This document shows, piece by piece, positions 39,209 through 49,032 of a DNA stretch of 64,000 nt. The DNA is from Endomicrobiia bacterium. Its GTDB lineage: Bacteria > Elusimicrobiota > Endomicrobiia > DTEH01. Within the stretch, counting starts at the first letter, position 1; every line of letters begins with the position of its first letter. The translations under genes and the position numbers were made by a program. Below the pieces are notes generated by a model. That model did no database searches and was not told the origin of the DNA. It saw only the letters and a program-made list of their open reading frames with translations. The stretch is from assembly GCA_039630545.1 (NCBI GenBank), contig JBCNUU010000005.1, positions 32,001 to 96,000 on the forward strand, in the 5' to 3' direction.

Positions 39209-40215
39209 CTTTTTGGTATAAAAATTTCAATTAAAATTAGTATTATTATTAAGTATACAAAATAGTGATACCTATTAATATACACTCTAAAAATTTTTGA
39301 TTTTAACTCTGATTTCTTTAGGTTAGAGATTTCAGATGAAATTTCAGATGCTATCCCCATCTCTCCATAATTTGATGAAAAATATCTTCCAGAAGTTTCT
39401 TCAGCTATTTCATAAAGAAGAGATTCATTTAATTTGCTTGTTACAATGTTGCCTTTTTTATCTTTTTTGTAATCAATAATTTTACCATATTTATCTCTAA
39501 TTGGGATAGGTTTTCCTTCCGGAGTTCCTGCTCCTACTGTATAAACTATAATATTGTTTTCTTTTAACTCTTTAATTAATTCCTTAGAATAAGAGTCATG
39601 ATCTTCTCCATCAGTAAACATAACTAGTACTTTGGTTGATTTAGAAATTTCTTTTAATACTCTTAAAGCTTCCTGTAAAGCTAACCCTATTTTGGTGCCA
39701 GGATAAGGTACAATATCGGTGTCGATGATTTCTAAAAGGTCCTTGGCTGCTTGTAGGTCATTTGTTATAGGGCAGTGATAGAACGCAGTACCTGCAAAAG
39801 TTATGATGCCTACTCTATTTGTTTCTATTTTTTCTAAAAGCAACCTTGCTGTTCTTTTAACAAACTCAAGACGGTTAGGAGACACATCTTCCGTAAGCAT
39901 ACTCTTTGAGACGTCTATTATAAAAATAATATCTACACCGTAAGTTTTAATTTCTTGAGGTTTCACTCCCCATTGGGGTCCACTTAATGAAATGAAGAAT
40001 AAAACAAAGATTAAAAATACAATAAAAAGATTTATTTTTTGAACTTTGAATGTCCCTTCAAAAATAATTTTATTAATAAGATTTAAAGAAATTATGCTGT
40101 TTAATGTTTTGTAATATCTTCTATAAATTAAAATTAAAAAAATAAACAGCAAAGGCAGACATATAATTCCGGTATATAACCAAAAATTATTTTGAAAATT
40201 CATATATGAAATCAA
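39190..40215 (-). CDS. batB: VWA-domain protein BatB
   Basis: GPQWG, MIDAS DVSKSM, TDGEDH and SKLNE..L motifs. Confidence 0.85.
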   Translation of the reverse strand: MISYMNFQNNFWLYTGIICLPLLFIFLILIYRRYYKTLNSIISLNLINKIIFEGTFKVQKINLFIVFLIFVLFFISLSGPQWGVKPQEIKTYGVDIIFIIDVSKSMLTEDVSPNRLEFVKRTARLLLEKIETNRVGIITFAGTAFYHCPITNDLQAAKDLLEIIDTDIVPYPGTKIGLALQEALRVLKEISKSTKVLVMFTDGEDHDSYSKELIKELKENNIIVYTVGAGTPEGKPIPIRDKYGKIIDYKKDKKGNIVTSKLNESLLYEIAEETSGRYFSSNYGEMGIASEISSEISNLKKSELKSKIFRVYINRYHYFVYLIIILILIEIFIPKRWLIKL

Positions 40216-41204
40216 GGAATTCTAAGAAATACTACCTTTTCTAAAACAAATTTTAATACAAAACACAAAAAAGCACAAAATAAGAAAAACTGATGAAGGT
40301 ACTTATATTCTTTATACTCTAGAGTTTTTATTTCTGTTTTTTCTAACTTATCAATTTCTCTAAAAGCTTGAAACATTTTTTCTTTAGATGTGACATGAAA
40401 ATATTTGCCACCTGTAATTTCTGCAATTTGGATTAAAGTTGGTTCATCTAAGTCCTGAGGATAGTAAACTTCTCTTTTTCCCCAAAAAGGATCTTCTACA
40501 ATATATAGGGACTTACCAGTTGCTTTACCGCATCCTATTGTGTAGATCTTTATATCCATGGATTGAGCAGCTTTTGCTGCTGTTATTGGGTCTACTTGTC
40601 CGATGTTGTGTCTTCCATCAGTTAAAAGGATCACAAGCTTTGATTTACTTTCATGTTTCATTCTACTTATAGCTGTAATTATAGCATCACCTATGGCAGT
40701 ACCATCCAGCTTTATCATTCCAATTTTTGAATTGTCTAATACTCTTAAAACAGCGTCCATATCCGTGGTTAAAGGACAGGTTAAAATAGGAATTCCACTA
40801 AAAACCACAACTCCTATTCTATCTTTGTTTCTTAGTTTTACAAATTCCTTTGCTGCTAAAACAGCTACTTCAAACCTATTTTTGGGATAGAAATCTAAAG
40901 CTAACATACTGGTTGAGGTATCTAAACATAGCATGATGTCAACTACTTGTTTCGTTTCTTCTTTTGAAATTATTCCCTTTTTAGGACCACTTGCAGCAAA
41001 AATTAGCATACTTAAACATACTACATAAAGTATGTTTAAAATTCGTGTTAGATTAATTTTTGTTTTATTATTTGATAAAACTTTATTTAATATATCAACA
41101 TTTGTAAATTTTATTCTTAAGACATTTTTCTTGTTTTCCAGAAACCACCATACAAACGGCAAACCAGCCAGTAAAATTAATAGAAACGGTCTTTCAAAAT
41201 TCAT
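40212..41204 (-). CDS. batA: VWA-domain protein BatA
   Basis: MIDAS DTSTSM, DGTAIGDA, LLTDG and IDKLEKT motifs. Confidence 0.87.
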   Translation of the reverse strand: MNFERPFLLILLAGLPFVWWFLENKKNVLRIKFTNVDILNKVLSNNKTKINLTRILNILYVVCLSMLIFAASGPKKGIISKEETKQVVDIMLCLDTSTSMLALDFYPKNRFEVAVLAAKEFVKLRNKDRIGVVVFSGIPILTCPLTTDMDAVLRVLDNSKIGMIKLDGTAIGDAIITAISRMKHESKSKLVILLTDGRHNIGQVDPITAAKAAQSMDIKIYTIGCGKATGKSLYIVEDPFWGKREVYYPQDLDEPTLIQIAEITGGKYFHVTSKEKMFQAFREIDKLEKTEIKTLEYKEYKYLHQFFLFCAFLCFVLKFVLEKVVFLRIP

Positions 41205-41207
41205 AAA

Positions 41208-42116
41208 TTAAACTATAAGCTCCTTCGACATTTCAAAATCTTTTAAAATCTGTTCCTTTTCAGGAACATGTTTTGCGAATTTTGCAAGATCAGCATTTTC
41301 TAAGAAAGATTTTAATTTTACATTATAGTTTTTTTCAGCTTTCTTTTTTAAAACTAAAAAGAGCTCTTCTGTAGTAAGTTCCAGCGCATTTACTTTGTAC
41401 TTTTCTCCAACATACCATCTTACTATTTCTGTTAGTTCAAAATAAAACTCCTTTATAAGATTTTGATTTATGTAATTTTTATTCCATAACTCATCTAATT
41501 TTTTTAACGCCTGTTCTTTAATATCTACAAAATAATTGGTAGTTTGCATGTTAACAACTTGTTTTTTGTTATATCTATAAAGAAAATATAAGGTTGCCAA
41601 AACTATTGATATGAGTACTAAAATTGCCCATAGATAATTTCTTATCCAGATTTGTTTCTTAATATCTATTATTTCACCATCAAATTTTTTGTTTTTGGGT
41701 TTAGGATAAGGTAAAACTTCTATTTCCAAAGATGGCAGAGTTATTATTTTTTCTTCGTTATTGGATGTCTCTACACAGCTTATTTCTAACTCATTAAGCT
41801 TTAATTTACCAAGTTCTACAGGTATAAGATAAAATACAAATTTATGCTTAATTTTGTTACTTAAAAATTTTTTTGTTTTTTTACTTTCCTTTTTATAAAG
41901 TATAAAATTTTCTTTACCAGTGGTGTCTTTTATAACTTCATAAATATCAAAACTCTTAATTTGAAAATTTTCTGGATAAAGCAAGACTATGTTGTACTCA
42001 AAAAAATCTCCTAAAAAAACTTTCTTCTTGTTTAAAAATGTTTGAGATTTAATTTGAGTAAATCCACAAGGTACCAATAATAAAAAGAGTAAACTCAAAC
42101 ACACTATATTTTTCAT
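41208..42116 (-). CDS. Bat-operon membrane protein (Ig-like domain, TM, helical C-domain)
   Basis: DIK then TM segment; ALELTTEE and ADLAKFAK motifs typical of the gene between DUF58 and batA. Confidence 0.7.
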   Translation of the reverse strand: MKNIVCLSLLFLLLVPCGFTQIKSQTFLNKKKVFLGDFFEYNIVLLYPENFQIKSFDIYEVIKDTTGKENFILYKKESKKTKKFLSNKIKHKFVFYLIPVELGKLKLNELEISCVETSNNEEKIITLPSLEIEVLPYPKPKNKKFDGEIIDIKKQIWIRNYLWAILVLISIVLATLYFLYRYNKKQVVNMQTTNYFVDIKEQALKKLDELWNKNYINQNLIKEFYFELTEIVRWYVGEKYKVNALELTTEELFLVLKKKAEKNYNVKLKSFLENADLAKFAKHVPEKEQILKDFEMSKELIV

Positions 42117-42152
42117 CTTATGGCAAAAGAAAGGAAAAAAATCGAAAGGTTC

Positions 42153-43028
42153 CTATTTTATTCTTTTTTCTCTAATATAAAAAAATTTTAACAAAGAATC
42201 AATATATGAAGTATCAGTGGATATTTCTATTAGATCAACTTTATATTTTTTAGCTATATCTCTCAAGTAAACATCTGAGTTTTCTATTTCCCGTTGATAT
42301 AGTTTTAATAAATCCTTCGTGAGATAAAAGGAATAACTCTCACCGGCTTCTATATCTTCCATATCAAAAATTCCTGCAACAGGTATTTTTTTTTCTAAGG
42401 GATCTGCTATTTTTATCAATATAAGATCGTGTTTTTTAGAAATCACTTTTATTGATTGTTCATATCCTTTATCTTTAAAGTCAGAAAACAAAAATGCTAT
42501 ACATTTTTTCTTTTGTGCTCTGTAAAAGAATTGTAAAGCAGAGTTTAGGTTTGTTTGTCTATTTTGGGGTTTATAATAAAGAATTTCTCTTATAATTCTT
42601 AGGATATGAGATAAAGATTTTTTAGCAGGGATATAAAGTTCTGGTTTATTTGTAAAAATAATTGCACCTACTTTGTCATTATTTTTCAAAGCAGATAAAG
42701 CAAATATACATGCAATCTCAGCTACTATTTCTGCTTTTGTTTTGAGGTAGGAGCCAAATTGTTGAGATGCGCTCATATCTATAAGTAACATAATAGTTAA
42801 TTCTCTTTCTTCTATAAATTTTTTAATAAAAAGACGACCATACCTTGCTGTTACATTCCAGTCAATGCTTCTTATGTCGTCTCCAGGAACATATTCTCTT
42901 ACTTCTTCAAACTCCATTCCACGACCTTTGAATACACTTGAATATTGGCCTGCAAACAGTTCATTTACTATTTTGTTTGTTTTAAACTCAATTTTTCGTA
43001 TTTGTTTTAAAATTTCTACAGGAATCAT
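42153..43028 (-). CDS. DUF58 (VWA-like) protein
   Basis: GQYSSVFKGRGMEFEEVREY.PGDDIR.IDWNVTAR, EEREL and SDF motifs. Confidence 0.92.
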   Translation of the reverse strand: MIPVEILKQIRKIEFKTNKIVNELFAGQYSSVFKGRGMEFEEVREYVPGDDIRSIDWNVTARYGRLFIKKFIEERELTIMLLIDMSASQQFGSYLKTKAEIVAEIACIFALSALKNNDKVGAIIFTNKPELYIPAKKSLSHILRIIREILYYKPQNRQTNLNSALQFFYRAQKKKCIAFLFSDFKDKGYEQSIKVISKKHDLILIKIADPLEKKIPVAGIFDMEDIEAGESYSFYLTKDLLKLYQREIENSDVYLRDIAKKYKVDLIEISTDTSYIDSLLKFFYIREKRIK

Positions 43029-43033
43029 ATTTT

Positions 43034-43510
43034 TTAAGATTTTAGCTTTTTTACTAAACTAGCAATCATTTTTCCGTAGGCTTTGCATTGTTTTTCAACT
43101 CTCAAATCGGGTTTGCCAATGCTTACAGGTCCGTAGTGGTCACCTTTTGATGTCCCTTTTACTATCATTCCGTGAATTAACATTGCTTGTATTATTGACA
43201 TAATAGTAGTTTCGTTTCCCCCTCCAACATTAGCAGAAGAAGAAAATGCACCACCCACTTTGCCTTCAAGCGAACCATGAAAAGCTACAGAATCATCCAA
43301 TAGCTTTTTGATTTGATATGCAGGTAGTCCATAATAAGTTGGAGAACCAATAATTATCCCATCATATTCAAGTAGTTCTTTTGCATCTGTATCTTCAACA
43401 TTTTTTACTACAACATCAATTTTTTCTTCTTTTACACCCTCTGCTATAAGTTCTGCCATTTTTTTAGTATTGCCTGTTTCAGAATAATAGATAATCAAAA
43501 TTTTAGCCAT
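43034..43510 (-). CDS. Flavodoxin/WrbA-like NAD(P)H-dependent flavoprotein
   Basis: YYSETGNT, IGSPTYYG and GKVGGAFSSS..GGGNET motifs. Confidence 0.85.
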   Translation of the reverse strand: MAKILIIYYSETGNTKKMAELIAEGVKEEKIDVVVKNVEDTDAKELLEYDGIIIGSPTYYGLPAYQIKKLLDDSVAFHGSLEGKVGGAFSSSANVGGGNETTIMSIIQAMLIHGMIVKGTSKGDHYGPVSIGKPDLRVEKQCKAYGKMIASLVKKLKS

Positions 43511-43542
43511 ATATTTTTTACCCCCTGATGAAATTTACCAAA

Positions 43543-43571
43543 AGAATATAATTTTTAGAAAAGTTTATCAA
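43543..43571 (-). promoter_or_regulatory. Putative sigma70 promoter for the flavodoxin-Bat operon
   Basis: TTGATA-17 nt-TATTCT on the minus strand; AT-rich background lowers specificity. Confidence 0.4.
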
Positions 43572-43601
43572 TATTTAGTGGTAGTTATTGTAAGGATCTT
43601 T

Positions 43602-45197
43602 TTACCACACTTTAGTTAGATAATAAATTTCAGATTTTCCACTATATAAAATTTGTTCAGTTTCTTTTGGAATTATTTTAAGTAAAACTTTTACACCTTC
43701 ATTGTGTAAATCATAAGCATAAACAGTTATGCTACCATCTACCTCAGATGAAAAGCCTTGCCAATAGTTTGCTTGTATAGCATATCTTGTGGTTTCATAC
43801 AAAAGTTCATATTTTTGTTCAATGGGATAAATCACATATAATGAATATTTATATCCAAGATTTTGTGGTGTTTTAAATAAAACATAAATAGTTGTTGAGT
43901 TTACTATTTGATATGATAAAAGATTATCTTGCTGTGTAGCATTAAAACTACTGAAAGGAACTTCATAACAATAATTTGTGGTTCCATTTGAAAGATTTAG
44001 TTCTGTAAATCTGAATTTTCTTTGATAATTATTTAGGTCATAACCCATTGACATAAAAGATACGGTTCTGTCACCGGTTGAAATAATATGAAGTTTTTCT
44101 CCACCATAAAGAAATGGCTGTGCTTCTGCACTTAAAAAAGACGATATTTGAATTTCATAATTAGTTTCCTGGTTGCATTTTATTGAAGTTATTTTTATGC
44201 CTGAAAAATTATAAGCGAGCTCTTCAAATTTCTTTATCATAAATATAACATCTCGGTTACTATCGAGTAATACATAGCCATCTACAAAAGATTGGGGTAT
44301 CTCTGTGACCACAGGACTTAATTCTCCTGGAGAAGATATCTTTCTATATTTCCAGCCTGAGTTTCCCATAGTAGAATAGTTATAAAGAATATTCCCGAAT
44401 TTATCTACCCAGAAAGCTTTGCCTTCTTCAGTGTTAATAACATGTTCACTTTCTGCAGTAATTACTCGCCAGCTCATGTCAGAAGTTTTGAGTTTAATTA
44501 ATCTTTCAGAAGTGTCTACAAAATAATAATTGCCGTAATCATCGTATCTTATTGGTTGTGGTGAGTAGTCGGTGGGAAGAATTTTTCCTGTCCATGCAGC
44601 TCCATCTTTAATCCTTACTAGATACTTAGGAATAAAACCAGGATATGTTGGAAGTTTTTGATATTCGGTGGTTGTTACAGTTTGGGTGCTACCATTAACT
44701 ATTTGGGTTGATTTTTTTATTATCCATATGCCATTTATTTCTAAACCAACAGATAGATACTCTGTTCCCATTTTTACAATATAGTTGACATTTACATCAA
44801 AAATATTTCCATTTTCATCAGTGATGTTTACTTCTTCTATCTCTCCATTTTCTTTTATTTTAAAAATAACTTTTTGTTCTGTATTTTGTGGCTGGTAATA
44901 AATTGATTTTGCTTTTTTAAGTACAGGGTTAATTGTGGAGTTAGATCTTGCTGATACAAATATATACCTTGCTTGAGATAGGTCAAATTTACTTATTTTG
45001 CCTGAGTAATACACTTGTGGTTTTTCATCTTTTGTTTTTGAGATTTTGCCTTCTTCCTGTCCTTTCTCCAATGTTTTTCTTATAAATCCTTTTGTTCCAA
45101 AGCCAAACTGGAAACTATAGTTTTTTGAAATAAAAAATAAATTTAATAATATTGTTAAACAAAAAAATTTTACAAAAAAAATGTTAGATTTTTTCAT
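43602..45197 (-). CDS. Hypothetical secreted beta-rich protein (531 aa)
   Basis: Signal-peptide-like N-terminus; Tyr/Ser/Thr-rich beta-strand pattern; AGGAGG RBS. Confidence 0.65.
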   Translation of the reverse strand: MKKSNIFFVKFFCLTILLNLFFISKNYSFQFGFGTKGFIRKTLEKGQEEGKISKTKDEKPQVYYSGKISKFDLSQARYIFVSARSNSTINPVLKKAKSIYYQPQNTEQKVIFKIKENGEIEEVNITDENGNIFDVNVNYIVKMGTEYLSVGLEINGIWIIKKSTQIVNGSTQTVTTTEYQKLPTYPGFIPKYLVRIKDGAAWTGKILPTDYSPQPIRYDDYGNYYFVDTSERLIKLKTSDMSWRVITAESEHVINTEEGKAFWVDKFGNILYNYSTMGNSGWKYRKISSPGELSPVVTEIPQSFVDGYVLLDSNRDVIFMIKKFEELAYNFSGIKITSIKCNQETNYEIQISSFLSAEAQPFLYGGEKLHIISTGDRTVSFMSMGYDLNNYQRKFRFTELNLSNGTTNYCYEVPFSSFNATQQDNLLSYQIVNSTTIYVLFKTPQNLGYKYSLYVIYPIEQKYELLYETTRYAIQANYWQGFSSEVDGSITVYAYDLHNEGVKVLLKIIPKETEQILYSGKSEIYYLTKVW

Positions 45198-45221
45198 AAA
45201 ATCCTCCTTTTTACATCCTTT

Positions 45222-45650
45222 TTACAGTTTAAAAATCCATGTTAATTTTGTGTTTAGAACCAGACCCCAATCAGTAAATACCTCATTGCCTTTAAGAGAA
45301 CACATAAAAATACCCATATCTATTCCTAAATGTAAACCTTTAAATAATTTTTTATCTAAACCACTAAAAATCCCGGCTGCGTATCCCCATTCAAGTAAAT
45401 TTGAGTTAATATAATTAGATTCTAATCCCAGATATAGTCCAAAATCCTGTTTTATTATTTTTAGTTGTTTTATAAATGGATAAAATCTTATTCCAAATGT
45501 CGTAAAATCTTTATCAAATAAGGATTGTATTTCAAACCTGCTAACTCTTATATGCACACCTGTATCTGCAGTATATCCTATTCCTAAATCTATTGCCTGA
45601 AGAGTAGCCGTGAAACAGATAATAAATATAAAAGATAGAGATTTTTTCAT
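45222..45650 (-). CDS. Small secreted protein, possible outer-membrane beta-barrel
   Basis: Signal peptide (LQA), alternating amphipathic strands, aromatic C-terminus TKLTWIFKL; AGGAGG RBS. Confidence 0.55.
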   Translation of the reverse strand: MKKSLSFIFIICFTATLQAIDLGIGYTADTGVHIRVSRFEIQSLFDKDFTTFGIRFYPFIKQLKIIKQDFGLYLGLESNYINSNLLEWGYAAGIFSGLDKKLFKGLHLGIDMGIFMCSLKGNEVFTDWGLVLNTKLTWIFKL

Positions 45651-45700
45651 AAACTCCTCCTTAGGTTTTAAACTTTTCCTTTAGTCTTCCTTTAATTAAA

Positions 45701-45727
45701 TACGAAAAAATTATTAATTAGGTTACA
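45701..45727 (-). promoter_or_regulatory. Putative ECF sigma promoter
   Basis: TGTAAC-N17-CGTA on the minus strand, 50 nt upstream of the 45650 start. Confidence 0.4.
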
Positions 45728-45743
45728 AAAAGCATACAAATTG

Positions 45744-46961
45744 TTAAGATTTTTTGTAAATTAAATTTTTATTTTTAAGGTGGTTTATCAGATTAAGATA
45801 TTTTATGTTAATTGAAATTTCTAAATTTTGAAATTTTGTAGATGGAAGCGGAGTAAATATATGAGGATGAATATAAACTTTATATCTGTTTGTAAGTTCC
45901 TCTATTACTTTAATTGTTTGTTGTATGTCTGTATCTTCCTCGTAAGGCAAACCAAATATGAAGTCAAGATTTACTTTGAAATTTGCTTTTGTTAAAAGTT
46001 CAACGGCTTTGTATACATCAGAAATAGTGTGTTGCCTGTTAGTTAAATTTAGAATTCTATCAGAGCCAGACTGGACACCAACTATTACATTGTCGTTGTC
46101 CGCATATTTTTTGAGAAGCTCCACAGTATCTTGTGTAATGTGCTCTGGTCTTAGTTCTGATGGAAAAGTACCTAAAAATAGTTTTCCTTTTGGTTTTATT
46201 ATCTTTGAAACATTCTTGAAAAGTTCTTCAAGTTTGGTTAAGTTTAAGTTTTTGCCGTTTTGTGAACCGTATAAGAATAAGCTTGGTGTAATAAATCTTG
46301 TGTCATAGAGTCCTTTTGATGCCATTATTTCTACTGACTCACAGATATTTTGTATATCTCTGTGTCTAAGTTTTGTACCAAAAATTTGGGATGTCTGACA
46401 AAATGCGCAGTTGTAAGGACATCCGCGGGTTATTTCAATCGGACCGTAGCGGTTAAAATAATAAGGTACTGCAGGATATTTGTTTAAGTCAACATCGTAA
46501 AGTTTAATTTGTGTTTTTATAAATTCTTTATCTCTTATGTATGCAAGATTGTTTATGTTAAAGTACTCTTCTGATCGTATTATTTTTTTAACCAGTTCTG
46601 GAAAAACATTTTCAGCCTCATGTAATACAGCAATGTCAAATCCTAAATTAATAGCTGTTTCAAAACTACCAGTTGGATGAGGTCCTCCACAGATCAAAGT
46701 TATTTTTTTATCTTTTTTAATTTTTTCTACTAAAGATTTTATACTTAAAAACTGAATTGTTGTAAAGGAGATTCCTATTATGAGTTTGTTATAGATTTTT
46801 GATTTCTCTTCAACTGTAGAAAAGATTTCTTCTTCTGTGTAAGCAAGTTTTATATCTACTAAATCTAATAATTCCTGTGATGATTGTAAACTGCAAAGAA
46901 GAGAGTTTATACTGTATCTATTTTGTTTATTGTAAAAAAATATAAGCAAGTTTTCTTTCAT
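45744..46961 (-). CDS. B12-binding-domain radical SAM protein (TIGR04013-like)
   Basis: N.YS..SL, GGPHPTG, EITRGCPYNCAFCQT, FLGTFPSE.RPE and QSGSD motifs. Confidence 0.82.
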   Translation of the reverse strand: MKENLLIFFYNKQNRYSINSLLCSLQSSQELLDLVDIKLAYTEEEIFSTVEEKSKIYNKLIIGISFTTIQFLSIKSLVEKIKKDKKITLICGGPHPTGSFETAINLGFDIAVLHEAENVFPELVKKIIRSEEYFNINNLAYIRDKEFIKTQIKLYDVDLNKYPAVPYYFNRYGPIEITRGCPYNCAFCQTSQIFGTKLRHRDIQNICESVEIMASKGLYDTRFITPSLFLYGSQNGKNLNLTKLEELFKNVSKIIKPKGKLFLGTFPSELRPEHITQDTVELLKKYADNDNVIVGVQSGSDRILNLTNRQHTISDVYKAVELLTKANFKVNLDFIFGLPYEEDTDIQQTIKVIEELTNRYKVYIHPHIFTPLPSTKFQNLEISINIKYLNLINHLKNKNLIYKKS

Positions 46962-47959
46962 ATGTAAGTATAGTACTGAGTAGGTGTAAGTTCTTTGAAT
47001 TGGTGTGTTTTAGCTACTATGTGTTTTCTTATATCTAAACACATATGACATTTGGAAATGTAACCCTCAGATAAAGGTTGATAGTGGTATTGTTTTGCAA
47101 TATAATAGAGTTCTTCTAAACTCTTTGTTAATGCCTGGATTATTGGTTTCTCTTTTAGGTTAACATTCAGTGGGTCATGAGTTTCAAATAAGTTGTTTAA
47201 AGAAATTCCTGCACAGAAACTTGGAATATAGTTGCCATAGTTGTCTATGTGTACATGATATGGATTAATGAATTCTTCAGCACAGTTCGTATTAAAAAAA
47301 TACTCTTTAGGATATTTTTTAAATAAATTAGTAAGTTTATATGTTGCTCTTCCCATAGGTAGAAGTTCCATATATGTTAACATTTTATATCCAAATTTTT
47401 TGATAAATTCTTCAAATTTTAGAGTTGCAAATATATTAGATTTTGCTATTGCGTCATAAAAAATTTCTTGATATAGTATAACGCCGCTATGACCAAAAAT
47501 TTCTAAGGCAGATTCCAGAGCAACTTTTATATTTCTGAATTTTACAAACTCTAAAACAAATGGGTTTATACTTAAAAGAATCCCATCTAATCCATAGGAT
47601 CTAAGCTTAGAAAGTTTTTCAATTGAAGTTTTTTTATCTTTTGCCCAAAAGCAATTGGTTTCAACTAACACAGGAGAGATTTTGTGCTCTTTTGCAATTT
47701 TAACTAAATCAACTAAGAGCTCAAAGTTTAAAAAAGGTTCTCCTCCTGAGAAGTGAATTCCTGCGTTGAATGTAATATAGGAGGATTTTGGAAGCCACTT
47801 TGAAAGTTGTTCTATAATAAATATAGCTTTTTTCTTATCTAAAAAATCTGCCGACCATTTAGCAGAAGAGGCATAAACGCAATGTCTACAATTAGCACAG
47901 CAACGATAAGTAAGAAATATTCCGCAGGATACAGGTTTTGGTAAAGTAAGTTTTTCCAT
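46958..47959 (-). CDS. Radical SAM protein
   Basis: TYRCCANCRHC (CxxxCxxC), FSGGEPF, ETN and C-terminal KCHMC motifs. Confidence 0.85.
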   Translation of the reverse strand: MEKLTLPKPVSCGIFLTYRCCANCRHCVYASSAKWSADFLDKKKAIFIIEQLSKWLPKSSYITFNAGIHFSGGEPFLNFELLVDLVKIAKEHKISPVLVETNCFWAKDKKTSIEKLSKLRSYGLDGILLSINPFVLEFVKFRNIKVALESALEIFGHSGVILYQEIFYDAIAKSNIFATLKFEEFIKKFGYKMLTYMELLPMGRATYKLTNLFKKYPKEYFFNTNCAEEFINPYHVHIDNYGNYIPSFCAGISLNNLFETHDPLNVNLKEKPIIQALTKSLEELYYIAKQYHYQPLSEGYISKCHMCLDIRKHIVAKTHQFKELTPTQYYTYI

Positions 47960-47968
47960 TCTAACAAA

Positions 47969-47997
47969 ATTATATAATTTAATCTTTTAAAAGTCAA
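47969..47997 (-). promoter_or_regulatory. Near-consensus sigma70 promoter, probably giving a leaderless transcript
   Basis: TTGACT-17 nt-TATAAT, with the -10 ending 9 nt before the ATG at 47959. Confidence 0.6.
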
Positions 47998-48049
47998 TCC
48001 AGATAATCCAGATATTGAATTTAATGAGGTATTTTTATAAGTTTTTGTT

Positions 48050-48934
48050 ATGAAGTATGATTGTTGTTGTATAGGTAGAACCTGTGTTGACTATATAGCA
48101 TTGGTTGAAAAATATCCTGAAAAAGATACGAAAATTCCTCTTTTAAACTACAAAATCTGCATAGGTGGTCAGGCCGCTAATGCATCTTTAGTTTTAGCTA
48201 AACTTGGACTTAAAACCCTTCTTGTTAGTCCATTAGGAAAGGATAGTTTAGGAGAGTTTGTTAAAAAGTCGTTGAAGAACATTAAAAATTTACATACTGT
48301 ATTTATCCCATCCAACAACACACCATGTGCCTTTATCTGGACAGAAAAGAAAACATCTAAAAGAACAATTGTTTATGAAAAAATAGAAAGAGGCATGGTC
48401 TACATGTTAAATATTATTGAAAAATCAATTAAAAACTCAAAATATCTTCTTTTTGATCATCAAAGCTGTAAGGATTTGTATCAAAATTCTAATTTATTTT
48501 ATAAATATAGAGTTAAAATTATGATGGATGCAGAAAGAAAAGATAAGTATATGTTTAAAATGTTGCCGTATATAAATTACTTTGTATGTAGCAAAGAACT
48601 CGCGGATTCGTTGGGTTTAGAAGTAAAGCAACTATTAAAAGAGTTTATCAAAAAAGGGCCAGAAATAGTTTGTTGCACTTTAGGTAAAGATGGCGCAGTA
48701 GCTATGGTAAAAGGAGAAAATAAAATTTATTATGAAAAAGGATATAAGGTTAATTCTATAGATACTACAGGAGCTGGTGATGTTTTTCATGCAGGGTTTC
48801 TTTATGGAGTTGCAAAAGGTTGGAAAATTTCACAAATTCTTAAATTTTCTAATAAGCTTGCCGCCTTTTCTACAAAAACTATTGGAGGAAGTAGTTTTTT
48901 GGAGATTTATGGAAATTCACTGGTTAACTTTTAA
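48050..48934 (+). CDS. PfkB/ribokinase-family carbohydrate kinase
   Basis: GGQAANA, TLGKDG and IDTTGAGDVF motifs. Confidence 0.9.
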   Translation: MKYDCCCIGRTCVDYIALVEKYPEKDTKIPLLNYKICIGGQAANASLVLAKLGLKTLLVSPLGKDSLGEFVKKSLKNIKNLHTVFIPSNNTPCAFIWTEKKTSKRTIVYEKIERGMVYMLNIIEKSIKNSKYLLFDHQSCKDLYQNSNLFYKYRVKIMMDAERKDKYMFKMLPYINYFVCSKELADSLGLEVKQLLKEFIKKGPEIVCCTLGKDGAVAMVKGENKIYYEKGYKVNSIDTTGAGDVFHAGFLYGVAKGWKISQILKFSNKLAAFSTKTIGGSSFLEIYGNSLVNF

Positions 48935-49032
48935 AAAAATACAACCCAGAATCCAAAATTAAAGTATTACTTTTAATTTATTTTTCAAAAATACTTTACT
49001 TTAATTTTATTTCTAAAATATACGAAAAATCG

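Noticed and set aside
48955..49020. AT-only inverted and imperfect direct repeats between convergent pfkB and larA
   Set aside because: Could be a weak bidirectional terminator, but the stems are almost pure AT and not distinguishable from background.
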